Assembly: GCA_020137815.1 (NCBI GenBank)
Contig: CM035359.1
Span: 5,518,001 to 5,582,000, forward strand
Reading direction: 5' to 3'
Origin: Hormiphora californensis
Lineage: Eukaryota > Animalia > Ctenophora
Length of the DNA stretch: 64,000 nucleotides
Below, one piece after another: positions 34,632 through 47,372 of the stretch. The position numbers and the translations under genes are program-made. The notes beneath the pieces are model-generated. The model made no database searches. It saw nothing but the letters and a program-made list of their open reading frames with translations, and was not told the DNA's origin. Within the stretch, counting starts at the first letter, position 1. Every line of letters starts with the position of its first letter.

Positions 34632-36295
34632 TTAAGGCCAGAGGGGGGGGGGGGGGTCGACCGATTTTTGACCCCTATTTTGGGGTTACCATCATGTGAT
34701 AGCTCTTGACATACTGGACCAGATGGATATGACAGAACCGATTTTGCGTATTTAGAACATTCGGCCTTCGGCCACGTGCACTAAATAGTAATATACCATT
34801 TTAAGCAGTCATCTAATCATATATTATATCTGTGTTAGGGATTGAAATGTGACCTTAGGGAGAGGGGTTTTGATATTATGAATGATTTTGGTGCGGTTAT
34901 GATAGCTGTGGGGGACAGATATGGGTGGAATTTGTTTGAATGTGGTGGATTGTGGGTGGAATTTGTTTGAATGTGGTGGATTGTGGGTGGAATTTGTTTG
35001 AATGTGGTGGATTGTGGGTGGAATTTGTTTGAATGTGGTGGATTGTGGGTGGAATTTGTTTGAATGTGGTGGATTGTGGGTGGAATTTGTTTGAATGTGG
35101 TGGATTATGGGTGGAATTTGTTTGAATGTGGTGGATTATGGGTGGAATTTGTTTGAATGTGGTGGATTGTGGGTGGAATTTGTTTGTTAGTTACTAATAT
35201 TTACTTACTTGGTTCAAGCCGTGTGTAAACCATCACCTCCGCGACATTTAAGACTATCCTGTTGTACCCCTCATCAACAGACTGCTCAATTACATCATCA
35301 TAGAGGAAGACAGCCAGAGTTTTCTCTGCGGTAACTGGACAGGGTACCGTGTAGGTCTGATCTTCAAGAGATGTTCCATTAGGGTTAACCGAGTTGATAG
35401 TGCTACAGGTGGTGTTAATTGTAGCACCAATTAGAGATACTTTAGTACCCAGCAGACGATCTCTTACGACCTTTTCAACACCCAGTCTTTAAGGCCAGAG
35501 GGGGGGGGGTCGACCGATTTTTGACCCCTATTTTGGGCCATTTTTGGGGTTACCATCATGTGATAGCTCTTGGCATACCGCATACTGGACCAGATGGATA
35601 TGACAGAACCGATTTTGCGTATTTAGAACACTCGGCCTTCGGCCACGTGCACTAAATAGTAATATACCATTTTAAGCAGTCATCTAATCATATATTATAT
35701 CTGTGTTAGGGATTGAAATGTGACCTTAGGGAGAGGGGTTTTGATATTATGAATGATTTTGGTGCGGTTATGATAGCTGTGGGGGACAGATATGGGTGGA
35801 ATTTGTTTGAATGTGGTGGATTGTGGGTGGAATTTGTTTGAATGTGGTGGATTGTGGGTGGAATTTGTTTGAATGTGGTGGATTGTGGGTGGAATTTGTT
35901 TGAATGTGGTGGATTATGGGTGGAATTTGTTTGAACGTGGTGGATTATGGGTGGAATTTGTTTGAATGTGGTGGATTGTGGGTGGAATTTGTTTGTTAGT
36001 TACTAATATTTACTTACTTGGTTCAAGCCGTGTGTAAACCATCACCTCCGCGACATTTAAGACTATCCTGTTGTACCCCTCATCAACAGACTGCTCAATT
36101 ACATTATCATAGAGGAAGACTGCCAGAGTTTTCTCTGCGGTAACTGGACAGGGTACCGTGTAGGTCTGATCTTCAAGAGATGTTCCATTAGGGTTAACCG
36201 AGTTGATAGTGCTACAGGTGGTGTTAATTGTAGCACCAATTAGAGATACTTTAGTACCCAGCAGACGATCTCTTACGACCTTTTCAACACCCAGT
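34632..36295. repeat. Tandem duplication of about 0.8 kb (34632-35487 and 35489-36295) containing lectin exon 2 (orphan copy C at 35201-35487), a TTAA-GGCCAGAG transposon end and a 31-bp minisatellite
   Basis: Near-identical blocks. The unit tgggtggaatttgtttgaatgtggtggattg is repeated about 8 times (34922-35185) and about 6 times (35792-35995). Confidence 0.85.
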
Positions 36296-36637
36296 CTGAA
36301 ACAACAGTCAACAAATTATCAAACTAAATATTACATTCTTATGTATGGCTTTAGTTAACCTGTGGATCTTCTGAGCTCTAAGTTATAAAACAAAGAATGC
36401 CAATTCTACAGTAATTTCCATAATAGATTATAGGCAAATCTAACAAATAATTTTACCTATTAATGATTACCACACTTCCAACTGAAGCGGGTTCCTCCAA
36501 TGTTAGTTTTAGCCACTGATCTGTCCCGGTGTCGGCAGAAGCGTAAAAGCTTGTTGTTTTGCCGTCTACAGCTTTTTCAGGTCCAAATTCTTCTTCATTA
36601 TTGTTGTTGACTGTACTACCAGTAGCGCTATCAACTT
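36010..36637 (-). CDS. Lectin copy B lacking a signal peptide; possibly a second domain spliced to copy A
   Basis: Intact domain exons 36457-36637 and 36010-36295; begins at caaatAG|AA GTT GAT (phase 1). Confidence 0.55.
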
Positions 36638-36769
36638 CTATTTGGTGAATGATTTTGGTGAGGTCATGATGAGAGAGATGGGTGCCGGGTGGAATTTGTT
36701 TGTGAGTTACTATGTATTATCAGTTTATTGGGAGCTATTTATTTGGTTGGCAGTAATTTTATGTGTTAA

Positions 36770-36836
36770 AGTGAGAGTGGACAGTGTATACAACCTCCAA
36801 CAAACTTGTCCAATTCTGATTCTGTCCACTCTCACT
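36770..36836. mobile_element. 67-bp mini-transposon with TTAA TSD (Kolobok-like termini)
   Basis: Perfect 15-bp TIR AGTGAGAGTGGACAG with TTAA on both sides. Paralogous lectin flanks (31381, 33571) show the empty site tgtgtcaaggacc. Confidence 0.8.
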
Positions 36837-36994
36837 TTAAGGACCAAACTACACCAATTTTCATTCCTATCCTTAGGTTTGTAATTCTGCCTTCTTGTCA
36901 TCACGTTGTCCTATGACAATAATGTTTACTTGGTGACGCAGCGCGCCAAAACGAAGACCGCATGCGGTGACGGCGCCACCAAAATGTTTAATGT

Positions 36995-37695
36995 TTACTT
37001 ACTTGCTTCAGGCCGCGTGTAAACCATCACCTCCGCTACATTTAAGAACATCTTGTTTTGCCCCTTATCATCAGACTCCTCCATTACATCATCATAGAGG
37101 AGGACTGCCAGAGTTTTCTCTGCGGTAACTGGACAGGGTACCGTGTAGGTCTGATCTTCAAGAGATGTTCCATTAGGGTTGACAGAGTTGATAGTGCTGC
37201 AGGTGGTGTTGGTTGTAGCACCAATTAGAGATACTTTAGTACCCAGCAGACGATCTCTTACGATAATGTTATCAAGCAGTCTGAAACAACAGTCAACAAA
37301 TTATCAAACTACATATTACATTCTTATGGATGGCTTTAGTTAACATGTGGATCTTCTGAGCTCTAAATTATAAAACAAAGAATGCCAATTCTACAGTAAT
37401 TTCCATAATACATTATAGGCAAATTTAACAAATAATTTAACCTGTTAATGATGACCACACTTCCAACTGAAGCTGGTTCCTTTAATGTTAGTTTTAGCCA
37501 CTGATCTGGCTGACTTTCGGCGGAAGAGTAGAAGCTTGTTGTTTTACCGTCTACAGCTTTTTCAGGTCCATATAATTGATCTTTATTTTGGAAGACTGTC
37601 CTACTAGTTGCGCTATCAACTTCAATTTGTTCAACAGCTGTTGTTCCAGTGAGTATCGTTCCGAGAATAAACAGAAGGCAAAGTCGACTAGTCAT
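36995..37695 (-). CDS. Secreted F-type lectin / F5-8C-like protein, copy A (intact, 2 exons)
   Basis: Signal peptide MTSRLCLLFILGTILTGTTA. Exons 37442-37695 and 36995-37280 splice in frame; ends LNVAEVMVYTRPEASK*. Confidence 0.75.
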
Positions 37696-38184
37696 CACAC
37701 AGCCTAGAAGATATATTTTAAAATATATGGGGTAAAACGTCTCGAAATTGTGCCAAAAAGTGCAATGTTTTTGGAAGTATAGTACATAGTAACAAATCCC
37801 TCTAAAGCAATCTAAAGTGCGTCAATTAGGGCGGGTCTTCTTTCTGAAAAAATGCTTTAAACTCCTGATAAATCGAAAAAATAAGGTAGAAGAAAAGTTT
37901 TAGGTATCTTGTCAACCTTTAGAAATACTATTTCAAACAATTTTTCTGACTCGTACTAAAACAAAATCCAAATATTTCACACATTATAAGACATTAAACA
38001 ATATATTTGTATTATAATTTGGAAATGTCGCTAGTAACCGTTTGTGCACGTGCAAACGGAAGAGGTTGTTAAGTGCGGGTCGGTTGATACTGCACGTGCA
38101 GATGGGTACAGCAGAAGGGCAGTGCTGCTGGGCAGGGGGAGTGGGTATTTGAGAGAACTAGCGCTGTAAATCAACGGGATTTTT

Positions 38185-38533
38185 AGTAATCTATACGGGT
38201 TATCCCATTAGAGCCCGTAATTCAAGTTTTCGATGAAGTTTTCTGAAATTTTAGTATGTTGGTCCTACCCACCAATCTAGCTCATACTGAAAAGCAGAAG
38301 TCTCTAGCTTAAAGTGAGAGTGGACCGAATCAGAATTGGACAAGTTTGTTGTAGGTAGTAGAGATTAGCTTTCTGAGCATTTTGCGTTTTTGCCGCTCAA
38401 AATCGACCCAACCATCAGAGATATTTTGTTATGTTGGGAGAATTCCTGCTGGATCAATATTTATCAAACAGGATAGAAACAATCCTTTTACTAACACATT
38501 CTTTAAATTTTAATATGCTAGCTTGCATTGCCC
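38185..38533 (+). repeat. Dispersed repeat of about 350 bp; second copy at about 41006-41355
   Basis: agtaatctatacgggttatcccattagagcccg...gcttgcattg occurs at both loci. Confidence 0.8.
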
Positions 38534-39177
38534 TGCTTCTGTGCATGGACACGGGGGGGGGGGGGGGGGGGGGGGCATCCATGCCCCTAAATGCCCCTAA
38601 CTGTACCAGGAGAAAAAAAACCACCCCACCCCCCTTGATTATGACAGTTAGGGGTCCTCCTCTAACTGTCTCACAACCCAAATTTTGGGACCCTATTTTC
38701 CGAAAAATCCCACATTTTTGACGTTTTGGGGAACATATATCTGTCACAGACACCCAAAAGTTGGGACCCACACCTATTTTTCCAGAAAATTTCAAATTTT
38801 TAACAGTTAGGGGTTCTCCTCTAACTGTCTCCTTACCCAAATTTTTGGACCTACCCCCAAAAAAAGTGTGTGTGGAACCCCAAATTGTCGGTGTGATGCC
38901 TGACAAAAATCATAGCGCACAAAAATTGGTCACTGTGGTGCCTTCAGGACCCAAAATTGCCAAATTTTGACCCAAATTTCCAAAATTTTAACAGTTAGAG
39001 GAAAATCCTAACTTTAATCAATTTTAGCAGAAATGCTTGCCTCCGGGCCCCCGAATCACAGCCTGGGGCATTGATATTAGTTAGGGCAATACTAGGGTCT
39101 GTACTGTAGTTGGGGGTGACAACTGCAACAAATCTCTAGAGCGAGGTGGGGGGCTCACTATAGCTTACCCCAACTAA

Positions 39178-39403
39178 AGTACTCCCCAAACTACTATGTC
39201 CCTCACTCGGGTTTTGTGAAATTTCCCACGGTCATAAATCCACTCCCTGATGAGATAAAGACTTGAAATTTGTTTTGTAGGAAGAACTCGACATGATCTC
39301 CTCACAAAACAAATTTCAAGTCTCTATCTCATCAGGGAGTGGAGCTATGGCTGTCTAAAATCCGGTCGCGCGCAGCAAGGGACATAATAGTTTGGGAGGA
39401 CCT
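39178..39403. mobile_element. Palindromic MITE with CTAA/TTAA TSD (Kolobok-like)
   Basis: TIR ag.(a/c)ctccc(c)aaacta.tatgtccct and a long internal hairpin. The paralogous segment at about 32650 (ccccaactaatatattc) is the empty site. Confidence 0.75.
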
Positions 39404-40390
39404 TTAATATATTCAATGTCAGATCATTACGAAGCAGAGAGGAGAGAGAAAAAAATTCTTCCTAAGTATAGCCTCCTAACAATTCTTGCGCTAGCCCATT
39501 AGAAAGAGAGCTTGGAGAGAGATGACTCTTACTCTTAGCCCCCTAACTGACCGCTTTGAATAGCAGAGGGAGAGAGAAAAAGCTCGGAGAGAGATGACTC
39601 TTACTCTAACTCTTACCCTTTTTCTTAGCCCCCTAACTGACCGCTTTAAATAGCAGAGGGAGAGCTTGGAGACTGGAGAGAGATAACTCTTACTTTATAG
39701 CCCCCTAACAGCTTATGGCAGAGGGAGAGACAAAGAGTTTGGAGAATGGAGAGAGAAGCAACTTTTACTTTTAATAGCCCCCTAACCGCTCTAGCCACTC
39801 TTGCTCTAACCCCCCCCCCCCTCTACAGAAATCATATTCTTGTATAAACTAGAAAACAACAAAAGATGGCTGAACCACTCTGTAGGTTTTTCTTGTTTAT
39901 TCATAAGATTCAATGCGATCGCAACTCAGTGATGCTGTCTAAATTAAACCCATAAGCACAAGTCACAAGTGACAAGTCTGAGAGCAGAGAGGGAAAGATA
40001 GCGTGCTAGATCATCTCTATTTAGTGGGAGAGCATCATTTTAGACTGCACATAGCCTAGAGCACCAATTACTGAATTACCAATGTCAATTGGATCTCATC
40101 TGCTGTCAGACAAGGTACATTTAGCGTGATAGTTGGTGCTATGTGAATCATCAGCTGATGACTCTTATGTGATAAATGTGAGAGGATAGAAATGGGAGAC
40201 ATTTTATTACTACAAAATACAGAATACAGCTGATTAGGTGGTCCCTTATATGAGAAGAGGCATGTAAGCTAAATATTGTTTCGAGTTGCGGTTAGAATCA
40301 GGACGATGGTCCTGGGAAACAACCAACTGACTCTAAAAGTTAAGAAATGGCCGACACTAACAATTTTTTTGTTAGTGTTTTTTGTTAGTG

Positions 40391-40796
40391 AGGGAGAGAC
40401 GTTCTTGAGACTTTTTTGAGGGAGAATCTGACAATTCAGCGGGAACACCCAGCTCTGAATGATTGCCAGACGAATGGTTTCGTGTTCTGATTGGTTCTGA
40501 TTGGCTCATGTCACAGCCGCTAAACCCAGAGTATGATCCCATCCGATGTCAGATTTCAGAGGTGGTGCAACCACTAATTGCTAGAAACAGTTCTGATTAG
40601 GATTCGAGTGTCAAGTGTCGGGCTATAAATGTGTGTCACTATGAACAGTTTATTTCTTTCACTGATGAGGGCTATTTTACGCCGAAACGTCTGTTTTGCT
40701 ATTGAAATTTGTTCACCTTTGTAACATCCCGAGTCTTCTATGCCTGACCAAACTTCGAACCACGTGAGATCAATACAGGGATCATCCCCTCAACAT
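40391..40796 (+). mobile_element. 3' fragment of a second Penelope-like element (GIY-YIG C-terminus plus pseudo-LTR with hammerhead-like core)
   Basis: Translates GRDVLETFLRENLTIQREHPALNDCQ* (E..I....P.LN end of PLE endonucleases). Followed by ctgattgg boxes, TATAAA and CTGATGAG-GGC..GCC-GAAACGTC at 40662-40691. Embedded in a cactaacaa..ttgttagtg palindromic array (40355-40390, 40797-40939). Confidence 0.6.
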
Positions 40797-42391
40797 CACT
40801 AACAAAAAATTGTTAGTGTTTTCACTAACAAATTTCACTAACAAAAAAATTGTTAGTGTTTTCACTAACAAATTTCACTAACAAAAATTTTGTGAGTGTT
40901 TTCACTAACAATTTTCACTGACAAAAATTTTGTTAGTGTTTCTATTGGGAAGGGGGTGATGTTTATAGACTTCAGGGACGCCTATTTGGCATGTAAGACG
41001 ATACGAGTAATCTATACGGGTTATCCCATTAGAGCCCGTAATTCAAGTTTTCGTGATGAGTTTTTCTGAAATTTTAGTATGTTGGTCCTACCCCACCAAT
41101 CTAGCTCATACTGAAAAGCAGAAGTCTCTAGCTTAAAGTGAGAGTGGACCCATCAGAATTGGACAAGTTTGTTGTAGTAGTAGAGATTAGCTTTCTGAGC
41201 ATTTTGCTTTTTTGCCGCTCAAAATCGACCCAAACCATCAGAGATTTTGTTTATGTTGGGAAATTCCTGCTGGATCAATATTTATCAAACAGGATAGAAA
41301 CATCCTTTTACTAACACATTCTTTTAAATTTTAATATGCTAGCTTGCATTGGCCCTGATACTGCACGTGCAGATGTGTACAGCGGAAGGGCAGTGCTGCT
41401 GGGGAAGGGGAGTGGGCATTCAAGTGAACGGGCGCTGTAAATCAACGGGTTTTTCTAGTCCTTATTATAATAAGCAAATGAACGTCGTAGTGATGATGTA
41501 GTATCCACACGTGCAAATGGTGGGGGGTTGCCCTGGGAGGTGGCTTGGGAGGGGTATTGGAGATGGGATACTGCACGTGCATGTTATTGGTTGTTTGTTG
41601 CGTGTTCCTGTGGGCTGTGTTGTTCCTGTGGTGTTTCGGATCTACTACTGGGGCCCTCATGCCATGATTGCCAAAGCTTTTCTACCTACGTAGCCCGTTG
41701 ATTCTCTACACAGCTACAATTCTACGGATCTTTATCACCTGATTCTACATGTTATTCAGCGGGATTTCCCTTGATGTTTATCACCAGCGCTCTACCACTC
41801 TACCAACCTCCGTATTCTTTACCCCGACATGGACAGACAAAGAGTAAGAGGGGGATAGAGACGGGGGGGGGGGGGGGGGGGGTGTTGTAGGACTTAACAA
41901 TGGGCTTTCTAGTTGTTAATAATTTTGCTACTCCTCCCATTTCGGAAAGTAACGTTTTCTACCAAGTACATTTTTTACCAAGTTTTCCCAAGAAGGATTT
42001 TTCTTTTCTTAAATCTAACGTATCTCTCAATCTCAAGGTGGCGTGCATTAAAGGATCTTTATTTAACATGATTCATGAATGAGATCATATTTCTCTGATC
42101 TATCTTCCATTCCCCTCATCTCTTTGTCGCCGAAAGGTGTTCCATTAGAGCGCAACTTTCACATTCCCTCATTCATATAATTCTTTGTTGTTGATAGGGT
42201 GATTGTCCTGAAAGCTTGTACTAATGTTTTATTAAGTTATAAGTTACAGCATTTAAAAAATTATTCGTAGACCACGTACATAATATGCGATTAGCTTATT
42301 CTGAAAAAACAGTTAGCAGAGCTCAGTTAGTGCTACCAGACATAGTGCTAACATTTACCTGCATCAGACAGGAAGTCACCGCCAGTTACTT

Positions 42392-42446
<55 letters not shown>

Positions 42447-42911
42447 TTTTATCTCTCTATTTCTATCTCTTTCTCTTCTCACCCATTTTTTCTTACTTTC
42501 ATACAGTCTTTCTCGGCTCTCTTTCTACGCCCACTCTCAGTTTACTACACATGTGTTTTACTATTTAACACTCAATGCCTTGTGTAGTTCCTCTATTCAG
42601 CCAATTGTTCAAGACAAATTTATCGTAAACGTACTTTATATTTAAGTTCTTAAAGGTATTGTAATTGCAGAGGTGATGTAGGTTCTAAGATCTCATAATT
42701 TTCTCAAATACTTCCGTCTAGCTCTGAACGGCTCTTTGCATGATGTCTTTAGAGCACTGCCGAGGGGGTGGGGTCTAGAGAGAGAGATGCATCTCTGCCA
42801 GATCATCTCCAATTAGCGTTCTTCTCCGGCCATCCCCACGTGTTGTGTCATTAGAGCCTGACACTTGTGATACCGTCCTTCTTCTTTGATACTACTATCT
42901 TCTTGTATATC

Positions 42912-42946
<35 letters not shown>

Positions 42947-42987
42947 TTCTCTCTCTCTCTCTTTCTCTCTTTCTTTCTCTCTCTCTC

Positions 42988-43079
<92 letters not shown>

Positions 43080-45476
43080 CTCTCTCTCTCTCTCTCTCTC
43101 TCTCCCTCCCTCTCTCCCTTTTGCCTTTCTAGCCTCTCAGCTCTCTGTGTTCTCTATCTCTATACTATCTCTATCTCTTACTTTTAACCTTCGTTCTATA
43201 CCATTACCCAGAGTCTGTGTTAAAACGCTCTATACACTGCATTGAGCTCTTCTTTTGATTCTCAATGTTCAAGTCTCAATACAGATCTGCTGCCTTATCT
43301 CTCAGTAATTGGTCAAGTTCTCCGTCACGTCTTTCAACGTATAACGAATATATAAACTTAGCTTCATTCTATTACAGTGGTTTGTTTCACTTAGAAAGAT
43401 CATTTACCGCAGTTCTGCTCCGTTACACGTACTTTTACTTTTACTGGTTCCCATGGTAACTTCAGAAACATCGCTTTTTGTTGCTTCTTCTTCATAACTG
43501 CCACCGCCCTCTCTATCGATATACTTATTTAAGCAAAACAGTTCCAAATACAATTTTACAAGTCGAGATATATATACTATGTCAGATGCCCAAGTATATT
43601 ATACTTTGGCATCTAATATATTATAGTAATAATAGTAATATTCCCAGCTTCATTTCCAGAGTAGTATGTATTACATAGGTCATATACTGAATGGTCTCAT
43701 ATCGTGATAAACGTGACGTCACAGGATGATTTCCATGCCCCAAATTACACATGCAGGAATATATAATCCCCCTCTTCCTTTCTTTCTTTTTCTATCTCTC
43801 TCTCTCTCTCTCTCTCTCTCATTCTTTTTCTCTCTCTCTCTCTCTAATTTTCTTTCTTTCTCTTTCTTTCTCATCATATTTCCAGTATTTACCCTTCCCA
43901 TAGCATACATATTCGAGTTCATCTCCTTATTTCCTGAAGGTCTCCTAATTTCATCTGCCGTATGGTCCATTTCAAATGTTAAATGTTGATCTCATAGTAT
44001 ATTTGGTAGTTGTTCTCTCCTTCTCCCAGCTCTCATCATTTGTGGATTACATTACTCTATTCGAGTACCAACTCAATCAACGATATTGCCCACAATACTG
44101 TGCAAACATGATGTGTTCATTTGACGAAACGTGAGATCATGATCATTATGATTAATCAGTTTGTGTGCATTATTTTATTATTTGTGCACTCGAGTGAGAG
44201 AGTGTACTCTCTTCTTTATATATTCTTTAGGTGACGACTGAAGAGTGATGATGTATACATTAACTGTTCATATTCTGATATCACGCATTGTTTTATGGCA
44301 CTCATATTATAGTAGTCATATAATTGTACTGCCGCATTGTCTGTGGTCATAATGTTCAGCGAACGTGCGGCCCAGTTCTATATTCTCTAGAAGTCGCTTT
44401 TGTTTTTCAGTTGTTTCTTTCACACGTCCCACAACTTCCTGGTCCCTTTTTGCACCGCTGCTTTCCACTTATATTGGCGTTTTGCCATGCAAATATATTT
44501 TATATTTTATCGGACTTCTCTTCCTCTTGTTCCTATCATGCCTCCATTTGTTCAGTATGTTCTCTCTTATTCTTTCCTCTCTTCTCTTTCGTATTCTCTC
44601 TTCTATTATCTCACTTTCTCCCCTCTTTCCATCCCTTTCCCTCCCCTCTCTCTCTCTTTCCCTCCTTTCTCTCACATGTCTTTATCTGACCCCCGTCCAC
44701 AACTAATTCTATTAGTCACGTGGCATGGAAGGATAAATCACGTGTGTCTTATTACACTACTACCCGTTTTATACCGATATATACTGTCCCTTTTGCTCCG
44801 ACCCTTTTTGTGCCTTGTATCACTGCATATCATGTGTGTGTGCGTGTGTTCAAGTAAACTGATGTTTAGAATTTTAAATAAATCATGTGACTTGTTCTAT
44901 GAAACATGACACTACAATACTAAGCTAGAAGTAAAGGTTATTCTTCGCTAGCCTAAAAGTTGCCAATTCTTATCTTAAGTAGATTGTACCAAGCCTAGTT
45001 GTTGTGTCATTTTATAGGCGTCATGTGGGTGTCGGCTGAGTAGTATAATGGTAACATACCCGCTGTTTTGGTGGCGCCGTCACCTCTCTAGAGGCAATTC
45101 GTTTTGTGTTGCCCGCCGCAGAATGTTGGTATTGGTGATTGGCTGGCGTCTCGCTTCTCATGCAGATATATGTGTCCTTGGTAACCATCATACACATGAT
45201 ATTCAGTATATTCTCATTATTTTAACAGCTTCACACATGACATGCTGAAATGTACGTCATCGCGGTCACACACAGCATCACCCTTATTAATTCAATTTGT
45301 GTTCCGTAAGACAGGAGAGAGAGAGAGAGAGGAGAGGAGAAAAAGAGAGAGGCGGGAAGAGAGAGAGATATCTAGAGTAGCCCTCAGGCTATCTCGCGTA
45401 GAGAGAGAGTGAGCAAGAAGACTTCTCTATCTCTCTCCTCACACTCTCTCTCGCTCTCTCTCTCTCCTCTCTCCCT

Positions 45477-45515
<39 letters not shown>

Positions 45516-46538
45516 TCTATCTCTCTCTTCCCTCTTTCTCTCTCTCTCTTGCTGACAGCTCGGTCTACTAATAAAAATATAATTTGTTCTTTTCTGCCTC
45601 CTTTTGCTGGCACACGTAGTTCTTGGTGGCTTTTAAAGTGACATGGAATTTGAGAAAGTAATTTTTGAACAACCAGTCTTTCTTTTTTCTGCCTATAATA
45701 AATATAATATTTCTCCTTAATTCTTCAGAAAACTCATATCATAACAAAAAATATATTGTTGTTTTTATGGATTGTATTCCATTTGTCTAGACCATACTCT
45801 CAAATAAAAGTATGAACACTACAACAAATTTCCCTCTCTCAGTTTTTTACCCACTCTACTATTAGCTACTCGTTAGCTGAGAGAGGGAGAGAAAGGTCCC
45901 TGCTAGCGTACACAACAGCTGTTTTGGGGAGACTAATTACCCCCTCCCACTATTTTCTAGCTCAACCTCTTCGCTCACATTTTACCAGCTACCCACCATC
46001 CGCCCTTAATTTGAATACAGGATACCCCCCTACGGCATACCGCACTGCATATACCGCACCGATACCCCATTATATACCGCACCAATACCCTCATACCCCA
46101 TCATTTACCACATCATTTACCACATCGAGTACTGTTCAATATATTCACTGCACTAAATACTGCGTACTATAGTACTGCAGCAGCAGCAGATGTGTCTGGA
46201 AATTGGTTCAACACCGCGTTTTAGTGTGGTATACACCTCTCGTTCGTTGAGTCTTGAGATCACTTTGATCTTTTTATAATTTTGCCATTCTCTCATTCCC
46301 TCTGTATTGTAAATTCTTGCCTTGGCCACTCCCTAATTTGCAAACAATAACCCAATACAATTGGTTACTGCTGTACAGGGCGTCAACATGTAGAAGCGTC
46401 AGTAGAAGGCGCCTAGAAAGCTACACCACGGAACACCTGGTGTGTGTGTATCACAGTGTGTGTGACGTGAGGGGGAAGCCGTATTATATCACTTTGTTGT
46501 AGCTCTGGAGAATACACTTTAACGCTATCTATCTTTCT

Positions 46539-46594
46539 GTTTCAATATGAAACGCAACTTTGGTTATAACCAAAGTTGCGTTTCATATTGAAAC
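46539..46594. repeat. Perfect 56-bp palindrome with no spacer
   Basis: gtttcaatatgaaacgcaactttggtta|taaccaaagttgcgtttcatattgaaac. Confidence 0.95.
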
Positions 46595-46941
46595 CGGTTA
46601 TTCATTTCATTTTGTACAAGCTCCCGGCCTCCCAGTAGAGCACAATGCCACTTCAACGGATCTTTTTGTTTCCATCTTTCTCATTTTTCGTTGGCCCATA
46701 GATTAATTTTGTAACATTACCGTCACAATATATTCATATTATCCACCGCCAAGAAAATATTCTTATCTTCAACTCCTTCTCTTTTGTTATATGTTCTGAC
46801 CCTGTGATAAAGGGTCGAGGAAGGCGGCTTCTTCTTCTCTTTATGCACATCTAAATACCTCATAAATGGCCTGTGGGTGTGCCATGGTTATGCGTTTTCT
46901 TACCCGCCTGTTCTTCGTCTATTGTTTGGTGAATTCAAAGT

Positions 46942-47045
<104 letters not shown>

Positions 47046-47372
47046 AAGATAGACAGAAATATAGAGAGTGAGTGGGAGAGGTGTGTAGACCGTGTGTTGT
47101 TTCCCGTGTGGTCATTGTCTGTGTACTATTACAATAGAAAACTATACCTCTGTTTTGTTTTGTTGCGTTTTTTTGAGTGTCTAATTCATTTTCCTTTGAC
47201 CCAGTTATGTAAACCCTATTGGCCTTTCTCTACTATTGACTACACTTTTTTTTCATCTAAGTTTTATATTATCACTCGAACCCCCCTCTCCATTTCAATA
47301 TACAATATAAATTATAATACGACATATTATTGTTATAAAATCCAACTAACCCCCTCCTCTCCTCCCCAGGTT

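Noticed and set aside
34922-35995. 31-bp repeats, and the 32-bp repeats at 61232-61545, as CRISPR arrays
   Set aside because: Head-to-tail units without unique spacers, in a eukaryotic context with no cas genes.
47094-47372. N-terminal 93 aa of the 423-aa ORF
   Set aside because: AT-rich, intron-like sequence ending in a strong polypyrimidine-AG; no Aur1 similarity. The real start is probably the ATG at 47373.
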